A stretch of 64,000 nt of DNA. Source: Takakia lepidozioides. Lineage: Eukaryota > Plantae > Bryophyta. Position numbers and translations under genes: made by a program. Under the pieces are notes generated by a model. That model had not been told where the DNA came from. It searched no databases and saw only the letters and a program-made list of their open reading frames with translations. Positions 1-12,850 of this stretch are shown one piece after another. The stretch spans positions 52,080,001-52,144,000 of the forward strand of contig CM060731.1 in NCBI GenBank assembly GCA_030704615.1. The letters are read 5' to 3'. Numbering within the stretch: the first letter of the stretch is position 1; every line of letters begins with the position of its first letter.

Positions 1-16
1 CGATGAAATACCTGGT

Positions 17-1075
17 GAATGGAAATTCGGCGCCGAATATCCATACGCCAGCGATCCGACTTACCTGCTGGATGGAAATTCGGCGCCCGATCCATCCATC
101 GAATTCCTGCAGGATGGAAATTCGGCGCCGGATTTCCATCCATCTGTGCTGGATGGAAATTCGGCGCCGAATTTCCATCCGTGATTCGAATTACCTGCAG
201 GATGGAAATTTCGATCCATCTTAATGGAAATCGGCCGAATTCCATCCATGGATTCCACTTACCTGCTGGATGGAAATCGCCGAATTTCCATTCATGATTC
301 GAATTACCTGCAGGATGGAAATTCGGCGCCGGATTTCCATCCATTTCGCTGGATGGAAACGGCGCCGGATTCGATCCATCCGGGATTGCACTTACCTGCT
401 GGATGGAAATTCGGCGCCGAATTCCATCCGGGGGATGGTCTCTGTCAGAGAGGTGCCGGCCTCTCCGCCGCTCTGTTGGATATTCGGTGCCGAATTTCCG
501 TCCGGGGGTTGAAATATGACGGCCAGGTGCCGACCTCTCCCCCCCCCCGACTGCATTGGAACGGCCCCGGATTGAAATTCGGCGCCGTTTTCCCATCTGG
601 GGAGGTTTTTATGTCGGCCAGTTTTCGGTCTGACCCCCGACACGACTTCCTTTGGGGGGCCCGGATGGAAATTCGGCGCCGAATCTCCATCCAGGGGATT
701 CTCTGTCGAACACGTGCCACCTCTACGCCCGAGGCGACTTCATCCGGGCGTCCCCTGTTCGATATTCGGTGCCGAATTTCCGTCCGGGGGTTGAAATGTG
801 ACGGCCAAGTGCCGGCCTCTCCCCCGACTGCATCCAAACCGCCCCGGATGGAAATTCGGCGCCGTTTTTCCATCTGGGGATGTTTTTATGCCGGCCAGTT
901 TTCGGCCTGACCCCCCGACCCGACTTCCTTTGGGGGGCCGGATGGAAATTCGGCGCCGAATCTCCATCCAGGGGATGTTCTCTGTCGCACACGCGCCGGC
1001 CTCTGCGCCCGAGGCGACTTCATCCGGGCTTCCCTGTTGGATATTTGGTGCCGAATTTCCATTTGGGGGTAGTAA
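17..1075. repeat. Array of palindromes GGATGGAAATTCGGCGCCGAATTTCCATCC upstream of transposase A; short units at 17-430, ~300-bp higher-order units after that
   Basis: Perfect 30-bp palindrome at ~151-180 and many degenerate copies; these produce the repetitive MEIRRRIS/WKFGAEF ORFs on both strands. Confidence 0.95.
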
Positions 1076-1246
1076 TGTGACGGCACGGTGCCGGCTTCTC
1101 CCTTCAGCCGTCATCATCCGGACGGCCCCCCACTTTCTGACTGCATACCGTTGGCAGTTATTGCGCAAAGACCAGGGGCCGCATTCCGGAGACAAGGTTC
1201 ATTAACACTCTGACTGTGGATTTTTGAGATAGTTGGCTCCCTGGAT

Positions 1247-4200
1247 TTGGATCAGGCTTCGTCGCTCGGACAAATCGGCATCGCATTCATTCCCATCGCT
1301 GCATCCCCCTTCTACCAGGGAGCTTCCCCGCACGCCATCCTGGCAGTCTTGTGTGCACATCTCCCATGGCGGAAAACCCGAGCGCTACAGTGTACTGCCC
1401 TCCTCACGAGCATAGAGCTTCATTTCCGTGCAGAGGGGACATCTGCGGTGATGGAGAAATATCTGTGCGTTCGATACCACCTGAAACCGGGGTCGGTTTT
1501 GGAGGAGGAAAGGAAGGACTCAAACGGCCTTGTTGTCGAGAGTATTGTTGTGCTCCACGATGATTTCGGCGATGGCAGGGAATGGCGAGTTCCACCATCG
1601 GACAGCGTCATATACAGGGCTGTTGGGGACTTCATTTGCCCGCCAAATGCACCTTCTATCCTGGCGCCTTCCACGAAACAATCCGCGAATCAGAGAGTGG
1701 GTACCTCAAAGAGAGAAGTCCGCAACGAAGTAAATCCAGAGCCGAACCCATCCATGAAGACGAGCGAGAACCGGGTTGTTCACAACCTGTCCGACTCAGA
1801 CGAGGTCATGGAAGTTCCGAGTCGTCCTGGAGATCAGGCAAGTCCTCAATGGACGTCAGTGGAGGAGGGAGTCATATTCCCAGCACGAGCACCGCAGTTC
1901 GATCTATTCTTGAAATTCTGCGAGGGCTTCACCTGGAGGGACACGGTCGGAGCTGGCCGGGCTGGACTACAGCAAGTTCGCAATTAAATCGGTTACATGC
2001 CTTCCCGCCGACGTCGACGGTAATATCTTCTTTGAGTTCCCTCCTCGGGCGGACTACTCGAGGGCGTCCGGAATGTTGACAGATATGGATAGAAAACATG
2101 ACGGTCATCCTTGGTGCGTTACCAAAACCACCAGCATGAAGATGCTCGATGGTGTGCGGGTGCGCTACGTTGTTTGTGCGGGCGCGTTGCGGTGTTTCTC
2201 CCCAACTTGCTTCCACTTTAAATCCAGAGGTCACAGGAACGAGACCGATTGGACAGGCACAGCTCATCAACCATTTCGAGCTCAGGAGAAGGTTCCGAAC
2301 TCCACATTTAAGTGTGCGCATTGCAAAGAACCACCACACTGCATGTCTGTTTGTAATGCCAAGCAGTTCTATGTGTTGCACCGTTTCCCTGACCTCACCC
2401 GAGCTTGCATACACGTTGGTTCCCATTGTCACAAATTGGCGAGGGGGAACTCGCGGGAGGCCCACGAAGCAGAGCAGCTCGTTCAGGAGGAGGTTAAGTT
2501 GAGACCGGGTGCCAAACCCAAACAGATACAGCTCCAAGCCGCCCATAAGATGGCATTGGCCAGAATTATGTCGGAAGACGGCCGATAGAGTTCCTCTCGA
2601 CGAGAAGGAAATGGAGGCATTGCTGGAGTCGGTGTCCCACGTATGTTCACCGAATGTCCGAAACCACATTGTCTCATGCAAACAGAAAATTGGGCGTGGC
2701 TCGGATATGCACTCCATTCTGGAGGTGAAGCGACGATGTGGATATGACTACATTCATGGAAGTAGGTTTCCAGGACAAGGACAAGGGACAGGATCGTTGT
2801 TTCGTATTCAAAATGTCCACGTGTGGACCTGGCAGCGGCGTCGAACTGGTCGACAGGATGACGAGTGGGAACTTGTCAAACAGTTGGGTCATGTTCGACC
2901 ATATCAAGCGAATTACAAATCACCAGTGGGTGACAATGGGTGCACATGTCTACGACACCCACTGCAGGATGCTAATGACAATTGCTATTTGTGAGATGAA
3001 AGGAGAGGACACACAATCGGAGATGCTTCTTTGGCAGGGAATAAACGAACAGATGGCCAAGGCGGGATTGCCCCCTCCAATTTCCGTGGTTTCATGGCGG
3101 GACGCAAATTGGGCTGCCATCCGAAGGGTGTACGGGCAAGACCCCAATGTTCCCATGGAAGGCAAGGAGAGATCTTGTGGGTTCCATTTTCTGCAGAGCC
3201 TTTCGCAGTACACAACCAGGCGCCAGATTTCAGAGAGGAGCACCGTTCCATGTGCCTTGCGTGGAAGCGCGCTCCCACCTTGGATGATGCAGAGACACAG
3301 TTTGCATGCATACGGGCTTGGTGGACATCGTCAGGTGCTGTAAGGAAATCAGACGAGGGAGCAATGGTCAGTGGCTAGCATGGTGGCATTATCGTTTCCT
3401 CCAGTTCGGCGACTATATGGGAGGTGAGTTGCACGAATTCGCGTCCCGTTGAATATTATTCTTGGCCATATTTGTAACTTGCTTGTAACCTCAACATGTG
3501 CTTGTGCAGGAAATGTGTCTCGACTCCGACACCGACATGCCCACGACAAACATGGCCGAATCAGTGCACTCTTCCTGGCGTGCCTCCTCTGCGGCGCATC
3601 TGGTGGACATCCTCACTGCCACAACGGAGGACATTGTGAGGTCAATTATGCAGCAATGCAGGTACAACGAGTTCTTGAAAGGGAAACAGTGGGGCTTGGG
3701 GCCGGACAGGCAGGAAATGCTGATGCGGACTGCCTCTAGATCGAAGAATCCTCGTGGGCGGCGGCCTTGCGAGAGGGCCTTCGGGACACGCCATTGCTGC
3801 GAAGAGGCCAACATTGGAAGGAGATGTTCATACCCGTCCAGTGAGACGAAGACTTGACGAGGCACCTGGCGGAGAAGAGGATTCATGGCGAGCTGACAAG
3901 AATATTCGCACGCTCCCTCGTGGTCCGGTGATGTTGCCCGAGGAGGTCTCGTCGAGCACCGCAAGTCCTGCACGTTCAAGATCGCCATCTCCTTTGAGCA
4001 CAGGGGCGTGCCCCGGCAACATAACGAGCCATCTGTAGTAAAGCAGTACAACATTCCCATTGTGGGAGACAAGAGTGTCGGAGTCACAGTGGAGAATTGC
4101 GAGGACATTGCCGGCATTTCGAGGGAAGTGCTGCGCCATCCGGTGGATACGAGAGCACGCTGTGGTGAGATGATTCGGAGGAACCCACACGGTGCTGTAC

Positions 4201-4880
4201 CTGCACCTTGTTTCAGCGGCAGATTTTTGACTCCCACATTTGCTCACGCCACAACGCAGACATTTTGGTTCTGTAGGCACGATAATGACCTGTGTATTTG
4301 GCAAGCCCAAGTACGGGATTCAGGGAATGCCGGAGCCTCCGGGCGTCTGGCCTGTTGCACCGGTTGCAGCCTCTCTCAGAATGAGGCGGATGCTCTATCT
4401 GCAGCAGGATTTCGAATGGTGCAACGCACAGACATCCCGGCCCACGCATTTCCGGTTCCTCAGACCCAGCCATTGCAGACTGCTCGGTCCAGTAGAGACG
4501 GATTGGACAATTCTGCACATCCCACAATGCGATTCGGAAGAGTGAAGAGACGACACCCTTTGAATGAGACTCGGATTGCCAATGCTCTTGGGATGGCTTG
4601 CACTATTCAGAGCTCCGTGGACGTACCCCACCCGGCCTTGGGCGCGGATACGCGACGATGTATACACAATTACGATTGGAGTGGAGCCGACTTGCAATTG
4701 TACGGACTTCTCGTTGATGGAAGCAAAGAAGGGTTCAAGTATTATCCGTGCAAGCATCTGTATTACATTTACCTGAAGAGGTTGAGGATGAACGTGACTA
4801 TTGATGACTTTATTCATGCACCGGCGTTGAGCGTGAACGAGCTGCACAAACTCCTCCTTAGGGATTCCAGAAATCATTGA
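1247..4880 (+). pseudogene. Mutator/MULE DDE transposase with C-terminal SWIM zinc finger (frameshifted as assembled); intron 3424-3509
   Basis: WVMFDHIKR (D1), FRGFMA(D) (D2), ERSCGFHF (CxxH), TTNMAESVH (E), SWIM ending CKHLYYIY; GTGAGT..TGCAG intron; start uncertain. Confidence 0.85.
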
Positions 4881-5039
4881 TGGGGCAAAGGGAATCCTCC
4901 ATATGGATATTTTCAATTGCATTTTGCTGTATCAGACTTTTTTTTGCAGTGTAATGAAATGCACCCCAAAACTCCTGGAATGAGGCAATATTCCATTCAA
5001 ACTGAGATCCAACAGAAGCAGTTGTGGGGCCATTTCTGG

Positions 5040-5400
5040 AAAAATGGCGCCGAATTTCTCTTTTGGGGCCGAAAAAAGTCCCAACATGCACTTGTGTCAA
5101 ATGGCGCCGAATTTCTCTTTTTGGGCCGAAAACTGGCTAAGTCCCACATGCACTGGTAAAAATGGCGTTGGGCCGAAAACTGGCTAAGTCCCAACATGCA
5201 GTCTGGAAAAATGGCGCCGAATTTCCCTATTTTGCGCCGAAAACTGGCTAAGTCCGAACATGCACTGGAAAAATGGCGCCGAATTATCTATAGCCGCGGA
5301 ATTCGGCACCATTTTTCGCCAGAGACCTATTACCGCGAAATACGTCGCCGTTTTTTCAGGTTACGGACCCTATTACCGCGAAATTCGGCGCCATATTTGC
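5040..5400. repeat. Subterminal ~55-bp tandem repeats of family A (AAAATGGCGCCGAATTTC..GCCGAAAACTGGCTAAGTCCCAACATGCAC)
   Basis: 4-5 visible units; counterpart at ~41160-41575. Confidence 0.9.
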
Positions 5401-5560
5401 ACATGTCGCTGGGAATTGGCATGAGCGGAAGACGAAATATCATGAGCACAACTGTCAAAACTGCAATTTTCCCTTCAAGGGGCCGAATATATTTGTTTTT
5501 CCTGACACATTGCATTAAATTATTGTTTTTTATTGTTTTTATTTTCGAAATTTGTACTTT

Positions 5561-5860
5561 TGCTCATGAAAACCGATTGTCTTACTACTTGCTCATGCCG
5601 CTCATGCTCATGAGGGTGAGAATGAACCGTCTGGCAATTTCAAGGCTCAGGGGGTGATGAACATGAGCTGAGCTCATGAGCTCATGAGCGGGCATGGCTA
5701 ACCCATGAGCCGCAAAGTAACACACTTCGAATTTCGGCAGATTTTTTTCGGGCCAAAAACTATAAAATAATCAAAAATCGAAGATTTCCGCGCTCATGCT
5801 GGAAGCACTCCGCTCATGAGTACCAGTGTACGCTCATGACTTGGAGCCCAGGCTCATGGA
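5561..5860. repeat. GCTCATG/CATGAGC terminal micro-repeat cluster at the A/B junction
   Basis: More than ten copies of CTCATG/CATGAG; the same motif occurs at 18870-18917 and 40898-40986. Confidence 0.85.
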
Positions 5861-5897
5861 CCGCCAGGCCAGGTCATAGAATAACTGAATTCTGGGC

Positions 5898-6365
5898 AAT
5901 AACGGCACCGAAATTATCCCAGAGGCAGAGACGCAAGCGGAATTAGGATCCGGGTTTGCAGACTCCGAAAACGCAATGGCGACCTATAACCGTGGATAGT
6001 ACTATTGCAGAAGTGCAGGATGGTTGGGTATAACGACGCCGTAATTGGGCACAGGAAAAGAAATAGCCGGCTGAAGGCTCGGGAGTGAAGCCAACAACGG
6101 TGAAAGTAATTGGGCTCCGCCAACCAAATACCCGGCTGCATCCTCCGGAGTGCAGGCGATAACGGCGCCGAAATGGGCCCCGGAAACCAAATACTCGGCT
6201 GAAGCCACCGGAGTGCAGCCGATAACGGCGCCGAAATTGGGTCCGGAAACCAAATACCCGGCTGAAGGCTGGGGATTGCAACCAATAACGGCGCCGAAAT
6301 TGACCTGCGGAAAAAAATTCTCGGCTGAAGCTTCCGCACTCCATGTAATAACGGCGCCGAAATTG
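5898..6365. repeat. Subterminal ~59-bp tandem repeats of B (ATAACGGCGCCGAAAT..AAATACCCGGCTGAAG)
   Basis: Units at ~6160, 6222, 6285, 6347 plus degenerate ones. Confidence 0.9.
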
Positions 6366-6485
6366 GGCGTCGGAGAGCAAATACCCGCCTTACGGTGAGG
6401 GAGGCCTTGCTCTCATTTTGCTCTTCACTCTTCTCTGTTGTGCCCATCTCCTCCCTGCTTTGAGTTCGTGCTGTGTCGTGAGGCC

Positions 6486-6830
6486 ATGTCGTGCCCGAAT
6501 CACATCTATCGACGCCAGACGGGAGTCATTTTCCCGAAAGCAGACGACATCATTGTCTTCCTGGATGTTTACAGGGACGATCCTCGACTTGTCCAGCTGA
6601 GAGCAATGGAGTTTCTTCCAGGATTGCACGATTCTCCTGGACCCCGGCTGGGGAGCAGGTGGTTCCTACGCATCATGGACCTGGACTTTCCGCATGTGTG
6701 GGAGCCGAACAGATCACGCACAGCGTTGCTGTATCGCTGGAATTGTTGCGAGTGGACGTATGATGAGTGCATAGGTGAAAACTTTACGCGTGGACGGACT
6801 GGCTCGGAAAGTGGGGACAGGGCCCGATAA
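6486..6830 (+). CDS. Possible small cargo ORF (~114 aa) of unknown function
   Basis: ATG-initiated, non-repetitive ORF (MSCPNHIYRRQ...) convergent with transposase B; no recognised motif. Confidence 0.25.
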   Translation: MSCPNHIYRRQTGVIFPKADDIIVFLDVYRDDPRLVQLRAMEFLPGLHDSPGPRLGSRWFLRIMDLDFPHVWEPNRSRTALLYRWNCCEWTYDECIGENFTRGRTGSESGDRAR

Positions 6831-7412
6831 ACACGACATCCTCGTTAGTTTCAACCGGGCGACAGAAACCACTGACATTTGTTCAAATATAGGCACCCGG
6901 TCACTGAGGAGGTCCTTGAGAGGCCAGTTCGAGTTCCTTCTTCTTGGGCGAGGGGACCATAGGTCTTGCATGCTAGAGTAGACATGTTTCAACTCGCTGA
7001 CACTCATGGCACATACATTTTCATTCAGAAATCAAGCAGCTTCCCTGTGCCATATGGGGAATATACATGCTTCGATAATCTTCTGTTAAGGTTTTTGCAA
7101 TTCACTGCCAGTATGCTGGGACGTGTCCTTTGTCGTATGGATTGCTGTTTGCACAAGGTGCAGTATGCAAATGCTGGAATGTGCAGTAGGACCCTTCCCA
7201 CTACTAGCAATCGTTAGTGTCTCCATCGGGTAGCCAGTTATGCAGTGTGCGGACGGGGGGTAGGCATGCGCATGCCATTCATGGGTACACCGAAATTCAC
7301 CTGTAGCCATGGCGATGCGGCACCACCAAGTGTATAATTCCTCACAAAAAAATAGGGTGCAAGAAGATGAATGTAATATAATTGCCACTTTCTCCTTCCC
7401 GAATGTGGAATG

Positions 7413-10400
7413 TCAAGCAGTCCGACCAGTATCCTGCCGTAGGGCCTTGTGCAGCTCGTTGAAACTCAGTGTTGGAGCATGGATGAAGACGTCCACTGCG
7501 GATATGCAACTCATGCGCTTCATAAAAATGTAATAAGGTGTTTGCAGGGGACGTATGCTGCATTCTTCGATTCCATAACAAGGAAGTCCTCACAGTTGCA
7601 AGCTGGGTACTGTGAAACCGTGATTGCATACACGACACTGCGCGCAGCAGACCCGGCTGTTGACAACTGAAATATGCGCCCCATCCCGGGGTGAGGAACA
7701 TCCCTGCAACCTTGCACTATGCAGGGCATTGCAAGAGCGTTGGCCATCCTGGTGTCGTTCGCCTTTGTTGGTGGCCGCCGTCTTTTCAGTTTCCCCACCG
7801 ATGGGTGGGCCAAGCTGCGGGGTCACCCACCGGTATGCGGGGCGAAGAGCTTCTCGTGGGAGGAGGATGACGATTGGGAATTGGATTTCGTGGAACGTCT
7901 GTCCTCTCCACCAGTCGAAACCCTGCACTTCCTAGAGCGTCTGCCTCCTCCAGGGTAAGATCTGTACCACTTGCCACAGGCCAGACTGCCGGTCAGGCAT
8001 GCCTTGTACACCATACTTGGGCTTGCCGAACACACACGACATGATGTCGTGCCTGCAGAACCAAAACTCCTTCAGTGTGGCCTCCACAAACTTTGCGCAC
8101 ACAAATCTCCCTGTGAAGCAAGGGGCAGGCACACCGCCCTGCGGGCTCCTCCGAATCATCTCATTGCATCTCTGGTTGGTGTCGACACGAACAGCACAAC
8201 ATTTGCCACGAAATGTCGGACGGGTCCGTGCAATTCTCCACTGCGAGGCCGACACATCTCGCTCCACGATTGGAATGTTGTATTGGGTAACGAAAACAGG
8301 AGCAACATGCCCATCCTCGGCATGTTGTCCCGAGTCTGGCAGCGATTCCATGGATGCTGCAGGAGAGGGGGTACGAGTCCTGCTTCGTGGAGGCGTGGGA
8401 CGCAACATCGTTGCGCCCCGAGGTTGAGTGCGGATGTTCATATCTGATCTCCATGAATCCCCATCCCTCCGGGCATGTCCTCAATTCTTCTCTTCACCGG
8501 CTGCGGACATCGCCCTCCAGGCAGTTCCCCGACTGTGTAACGGCGTTGACCTTATTGTTTCCCGCAATGCAGCAGTCCATTTTTTGGGATCGGTCGAACG
8601 ATGCGCCGCCCTCATCAGCATCTCCTGCCTGTCTGGTCCGATACCCCATTGCTTTCCTCCCAGAAACTGGTAGTAATGAGATTGTTGCATGATGGCCCTC
8701 ACAATATCTTCTGTTGTTGCTGTCAACATGTCAACGAGATGTGCTGCAGAGGAAGCACGCCAGGAAGAGTGCACCGATTCGGCCATGTTCGTCGTCGGCA
8801 TATCCGTGTCATCCTCCAAGCTCATGTCCTGTTGAAGGAAATTAGATATGTCACTGATTGTGGAGAATGTCCAAGCACAAAACAGAACAATTGTCAAGTA
8901 CAGAAATGTGTTACCTGTCTCATGTAGTCTCCAAACTGGCGGAATCTATAATGCCACCACGCAAGCCACGTTTGCAGTTCTGGCTGATCTTTCACATCCA
9001 CTGCCCCTGAAGACCCACCAGGCGCGTATGGTTGCAAACTCGGTCTCCGCCTCGTCGATGGAATTCGCATTTTTCCACGCTAGGCACATACTGATATGAT
9101 CCTGCCGGTGGCGTGACGCCACGAACCTTTTCGTGTTTTGCGTCAAACTCTGCATGAAGTGGAACCCGCAAGATCTCTCCTTTCCTTCCATTGGAGTCTT
9201 TGGGTCGTCCCCATATACCCTCCTAACTGCAGCCCAGTTTGCCTGGGCATTGTCAGCCATGAAGCCCCTAAAATCGGGAGGGGGCAACTTGGCTCTCGCC
9301 ATTTGCTCATTAATTCCGCGCCACATATGCAACTCCGAATCTGTGTCTTCTCCCTTCATTTCGCAGATAGCAATGGTCATCAACTTTCTGCAATGTGGGT
9401 CGTATACATGTGCCCCCATTGTCACCCAATCGTGGTTGGTAATTCGGATGTGGTCGAACATGACCCAACAATTTGAGAGGTCTCCACTGGTCATCCGCTT
9501 CACCAAATCGACGCCGCTCCCCGGTCCGCACGTTGACATCTTAAATATGAAGCACCTGTCCGTCTCCGAGCCTTGACCAGGAAAGAAGCTGCCTTGGATG
9601 AAGTCGTAGCCGCATGTGCGCTTCACTTCCAAGATGGAGTGCATGTCTGATCCTCTTCCGATTCGTTTCTTGCAGCTGACAATGTGGTTCCTGACATTGG
9701 GGCTGCACACATGGGAGACAGCTTCCAGCAGGTCCTTCATGTCCCCCTCGCCCAGCTTCTCTCTTGTGCTTCCGTCCTCCGACATTATTCTGCCAATTGC
9801 AATCCTATGTGCCGATGCGAGCTGTATCTGCTTTGGTTTTGCACCCGGCCTCAACCTCACCTCCTCCTTGATAATATCCTGGGCTTGTTGAAAAGCGACT
9901 CTGCAATTGCCTCTGGCGAGGGGGTGCTCATGCTTTCCGATGTGAATGCATGCTCTGGTGCACGCTGGGCCGACGGTCCCGACGTACTGCTTGGCGTTGC
10001 ACACTGCCATGCACGTAGGGGCTGCGTTGCAATGGGCACTTGAACGTCCCTGCAGGAACTCTACCTTGAGGCCAAAATGGGGTCGACGAATTGCCAATCC
10101 AGTCAGTCTCATTCCTGGTGCCTTTGCTAGTGTAATGGTAACATGTGCTCGAGAAACATTTAAGATGCCCAGCACACAATACATATCTCACTCGAACTCC
10201 ATCACCCAGGTTGGACGATGAAGTTTTGGTGACACACCAAGGGTGGCCGTCATGTTTCCTGTTCATTCCTGCGAGCATGTCTGGGCCTGCGCCTGCCGGC
10301 ACTGGAGGGAACTCGTAGATAGCATTCCCATCCACAACATCAGGCAAAGTTTCCACAGAATGGATTGGAGTTTTGTCGTAATCAAGCCTAAGAAGGTCAC

Positions 10401-10978
10401 TGGAGCGGGAACCCGTTGTCTTCATCCTCCGCAATATGTCGATTACTGAGCGGACGGAAGTTGAGTCGGACGGTGTATGCTGAACACTCCTAGTGACGGA
10501 CGACTTCGAAACATACGATGGAAGGACCATACAGTCTTCATCGTCTGGATAAGTCGTGGACGACTGTTTCCCTGTTTTCCTGGATTTCCCTTTTCACATG
10601 TTTGGGCTTCTCTGCTTGTGAAGAGGTGCCCACACATCTTGCACGCCAGACCCTCTTGTGGAAGGAGGATCAACCAAGTTCCAGCGTGGGAAACTCTTTA
10701 GGCACGATTTCACCAATGGCACTGTACCGGATGGATTCAGAAGCTGGGAGCCGCCACTCTTTGCCTTTTCCGAAATCTGCATGCAGAATGACGGCACTTT
10801 CCAGAAAATTTCCATAAGCATCCTTCGTCTCCTCTTCCAAAAACACCGTTCCAGGGCGGAGCCCGAACTTCACACACAAGTACTGCTCAGTGACAATCGC
10901 AAATCCTTGGTCGCAGGGTATTTTAGCTTTCAGAGAATCAGGATGGAAGTACACGTTGACCCAAACACGGGAGTCCAT
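7413..10978 (-). pseudogene. MULE DDE transposase B with SWIM finger (frameshifted as assembled); intron 8829-8914
   Basis: WVMFDH, FRGFMADNAQAN, ERSCGFHF, TTNMAESVH, PACNCEDF..VPCKHL; collinear with transposase A over its full length. Confidence 0.88.
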
Positions 10979-11154
10979 TTTGAAGACGGGACCTCTCGGT
11001 ACGCTCCGCAGCGAAGTCCTGCAATGAGAAGAGTGTGTCCTACCTAATAACACAAATGATTTCTGGAGGATTCCGTATCCAACAGGATGGGTGATCAGTG
11101 AAGATGAAGGTGTGTAACGTACGTTAAAAAAACGGACGAAACAGCAAGTTCACA

Positions 11155-12850
11155 TCGGATATTTGGTGCCTGAATTGTAATGTACAACCACTTGGGGTAC
11201 AATAAATCAGGCCTTCCCATGAATTCGGCACCGAAATCTGGATGAACATCTCTGTCATGTAACAGCTTTGGAAGCCAGGGATGAATTCTGGCAACAGAAA
11301 TCGTAATTTGTTTACCTCATTAAACTGACCAAGCACCCAACGGATGGATTTCGGTGCCGAAATTCGGATGAACTTCTTCTTCATTAAATTGTATCTGCAC
11401 ATATGGGTTGAATTTAGATGCCAAAATACGGATGAATGTGTTCCTGATTACAGTCGTGATTCACCACGTGTCCGGATATCGGTGCCGACTTCCGAATGAC
11501 AGTAATCCTGAATCGGCAGAATGGATGTATTTCGGCGCCGAAATTCATTCTTCATCTCCTTTTCCGACCCTAATTCTGCTGCCCTGATGGATTTCGGTGC
11601 CAGAATTCATCGGAAGTCCTTTCTGTTTTTATTTTTCTTTGCGACAGATGAACTTTGGCGCCGAATCTCATCCAAGTACTCCCTTTTAATTTTCCTTTTT
11701 CTTCGCGAGCAATGAATTTCGGCGCCGAAATTATCCTCCGATTTTTTTTTTTCGCGAGCATTGAATTTCGGCGCCGAAATTCATTCCAAGTTTTTTTTTT
11801 CCTTCGCGAGCAATGAATTTCGGCGCCGAAATTCATCCGAAGCCTTCCCCGAAATTCATTCCTTTTTTTTTTTCTTCGCGAGCAATGAATTTCGGCGCCG
11901 AAATTCAGCCGACTTCATCCCTCCAAAATTCTTTTCAGGGTTTCGGATTTCGGCGCCGAAAGGATTTTTCTTTGAAATGGATCAATTTCGGCGCGGCCTG
12001 TGTCCGCAATGAGTAACTCTAATATTACATTTTCTATGCGACGGATGAATTTCGGCGCCGAAATTCGTCCAAACCGGCACTTACTTTTTGCTTTTGGATG
12101 ATAATTTTCCGTAAATCGTTGGAAATACCCCGTTCCGACGAATATAACAGGAATATTCTGCATTTAATGGGAGAAATCGGCATATTAAACCACTTCTGTC
12201 AAAATTAATTGCATTTTAGCCGTTTTTTTTCATTTGAAACCGACAGTATCCATTAAGTGGTCTTTTTCGCACGGGACGTTGCCGCACATAAAGTATAATT
12301 TCGGCGCCGAAATTATAGTTAAATGTCCACAAATGGCAAGTCCAACAGGCATGGACAGCATCCGTCAGGGGCAATGATGGCGGCAAAGCGTAGCATGGTG
12401 CCAATTTAGTCTTCGCTCTGGATGAATTTCGGCGCCGAAATAATGGATGATTTCACCTCGTCTACGCGCGGACGGAGATATTCGTAATGAATTTCGGCGC
12501 CGAAATATGGATGAAATGTGCCCAAGTGCAACCGTTTTCACTGTCCCGGAATTAATTCCGGCTCCGATATCCCACTGACAGGTTTGCTCATGACGGATGA
12601 GGACTTCGGAAGCGATGAATTGCGGCGCCGAAATTCGTAAGTTTGTGTATGAAAGCACTTGAATAGGATGAATTTCGGCGCCGAAATTCATCCGTCCGCT
12701 GATGAAACGTACCGACCTGACTGTTGAATGTCATAGGCAGGGGATTTTCATGGCGGTTGGGTTTCATGATGTGCGGATATTTCATTCAATGCCGGCTGCT
12801 CCGGGAACAGCATCCGGTGAACGGAAGGTATTTCGGTGCCGCAATTCGGA
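11155..12850. repeat. Intergenic array of palindrome (GATG)AATTTCGGCGCCGAAATT(CATC) between the two divergent genes of B
   Basis: More than 20 copies, including ~50-70-bp tandem units at 11640-11960 separated by poly-T tracts. Confidence 0.95.

Larger units (their letters stand above)
1..5613 (+). mobile_element. MULE-type DNA transposon family A, copy 1 (left part lies outside the window; last ~14 bp of the right terminus missing)
   Basis: Transposase flanked by repeat arrays; ~1020-5613 is nearly identical to the reverse complement of 40899-52617 once the chromovirus is removed. Confidence 0.85.

Noticed and set aside
17-1075. CRISPR-like array of palindromic repeats (also 11500-12700)
   Set aside because: Spacers are themselves repeated and irregular in length, there are no cas genes, and the context is a eukaryotic transposon
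3-1205. ORFs with repeated MEIRRRIS/WKFGAEF peptides
   Set aside because: Translation artefacts of the palindrome, appearing on both strands
1247-10978. Zisupton/KDZ or Helitron assignment because of SWIM domain and large size
   Set aside because: D..D-CxxH..TNxxESxH spacing is Mutator-type; no KDZ, HUH or helicase motifs seen
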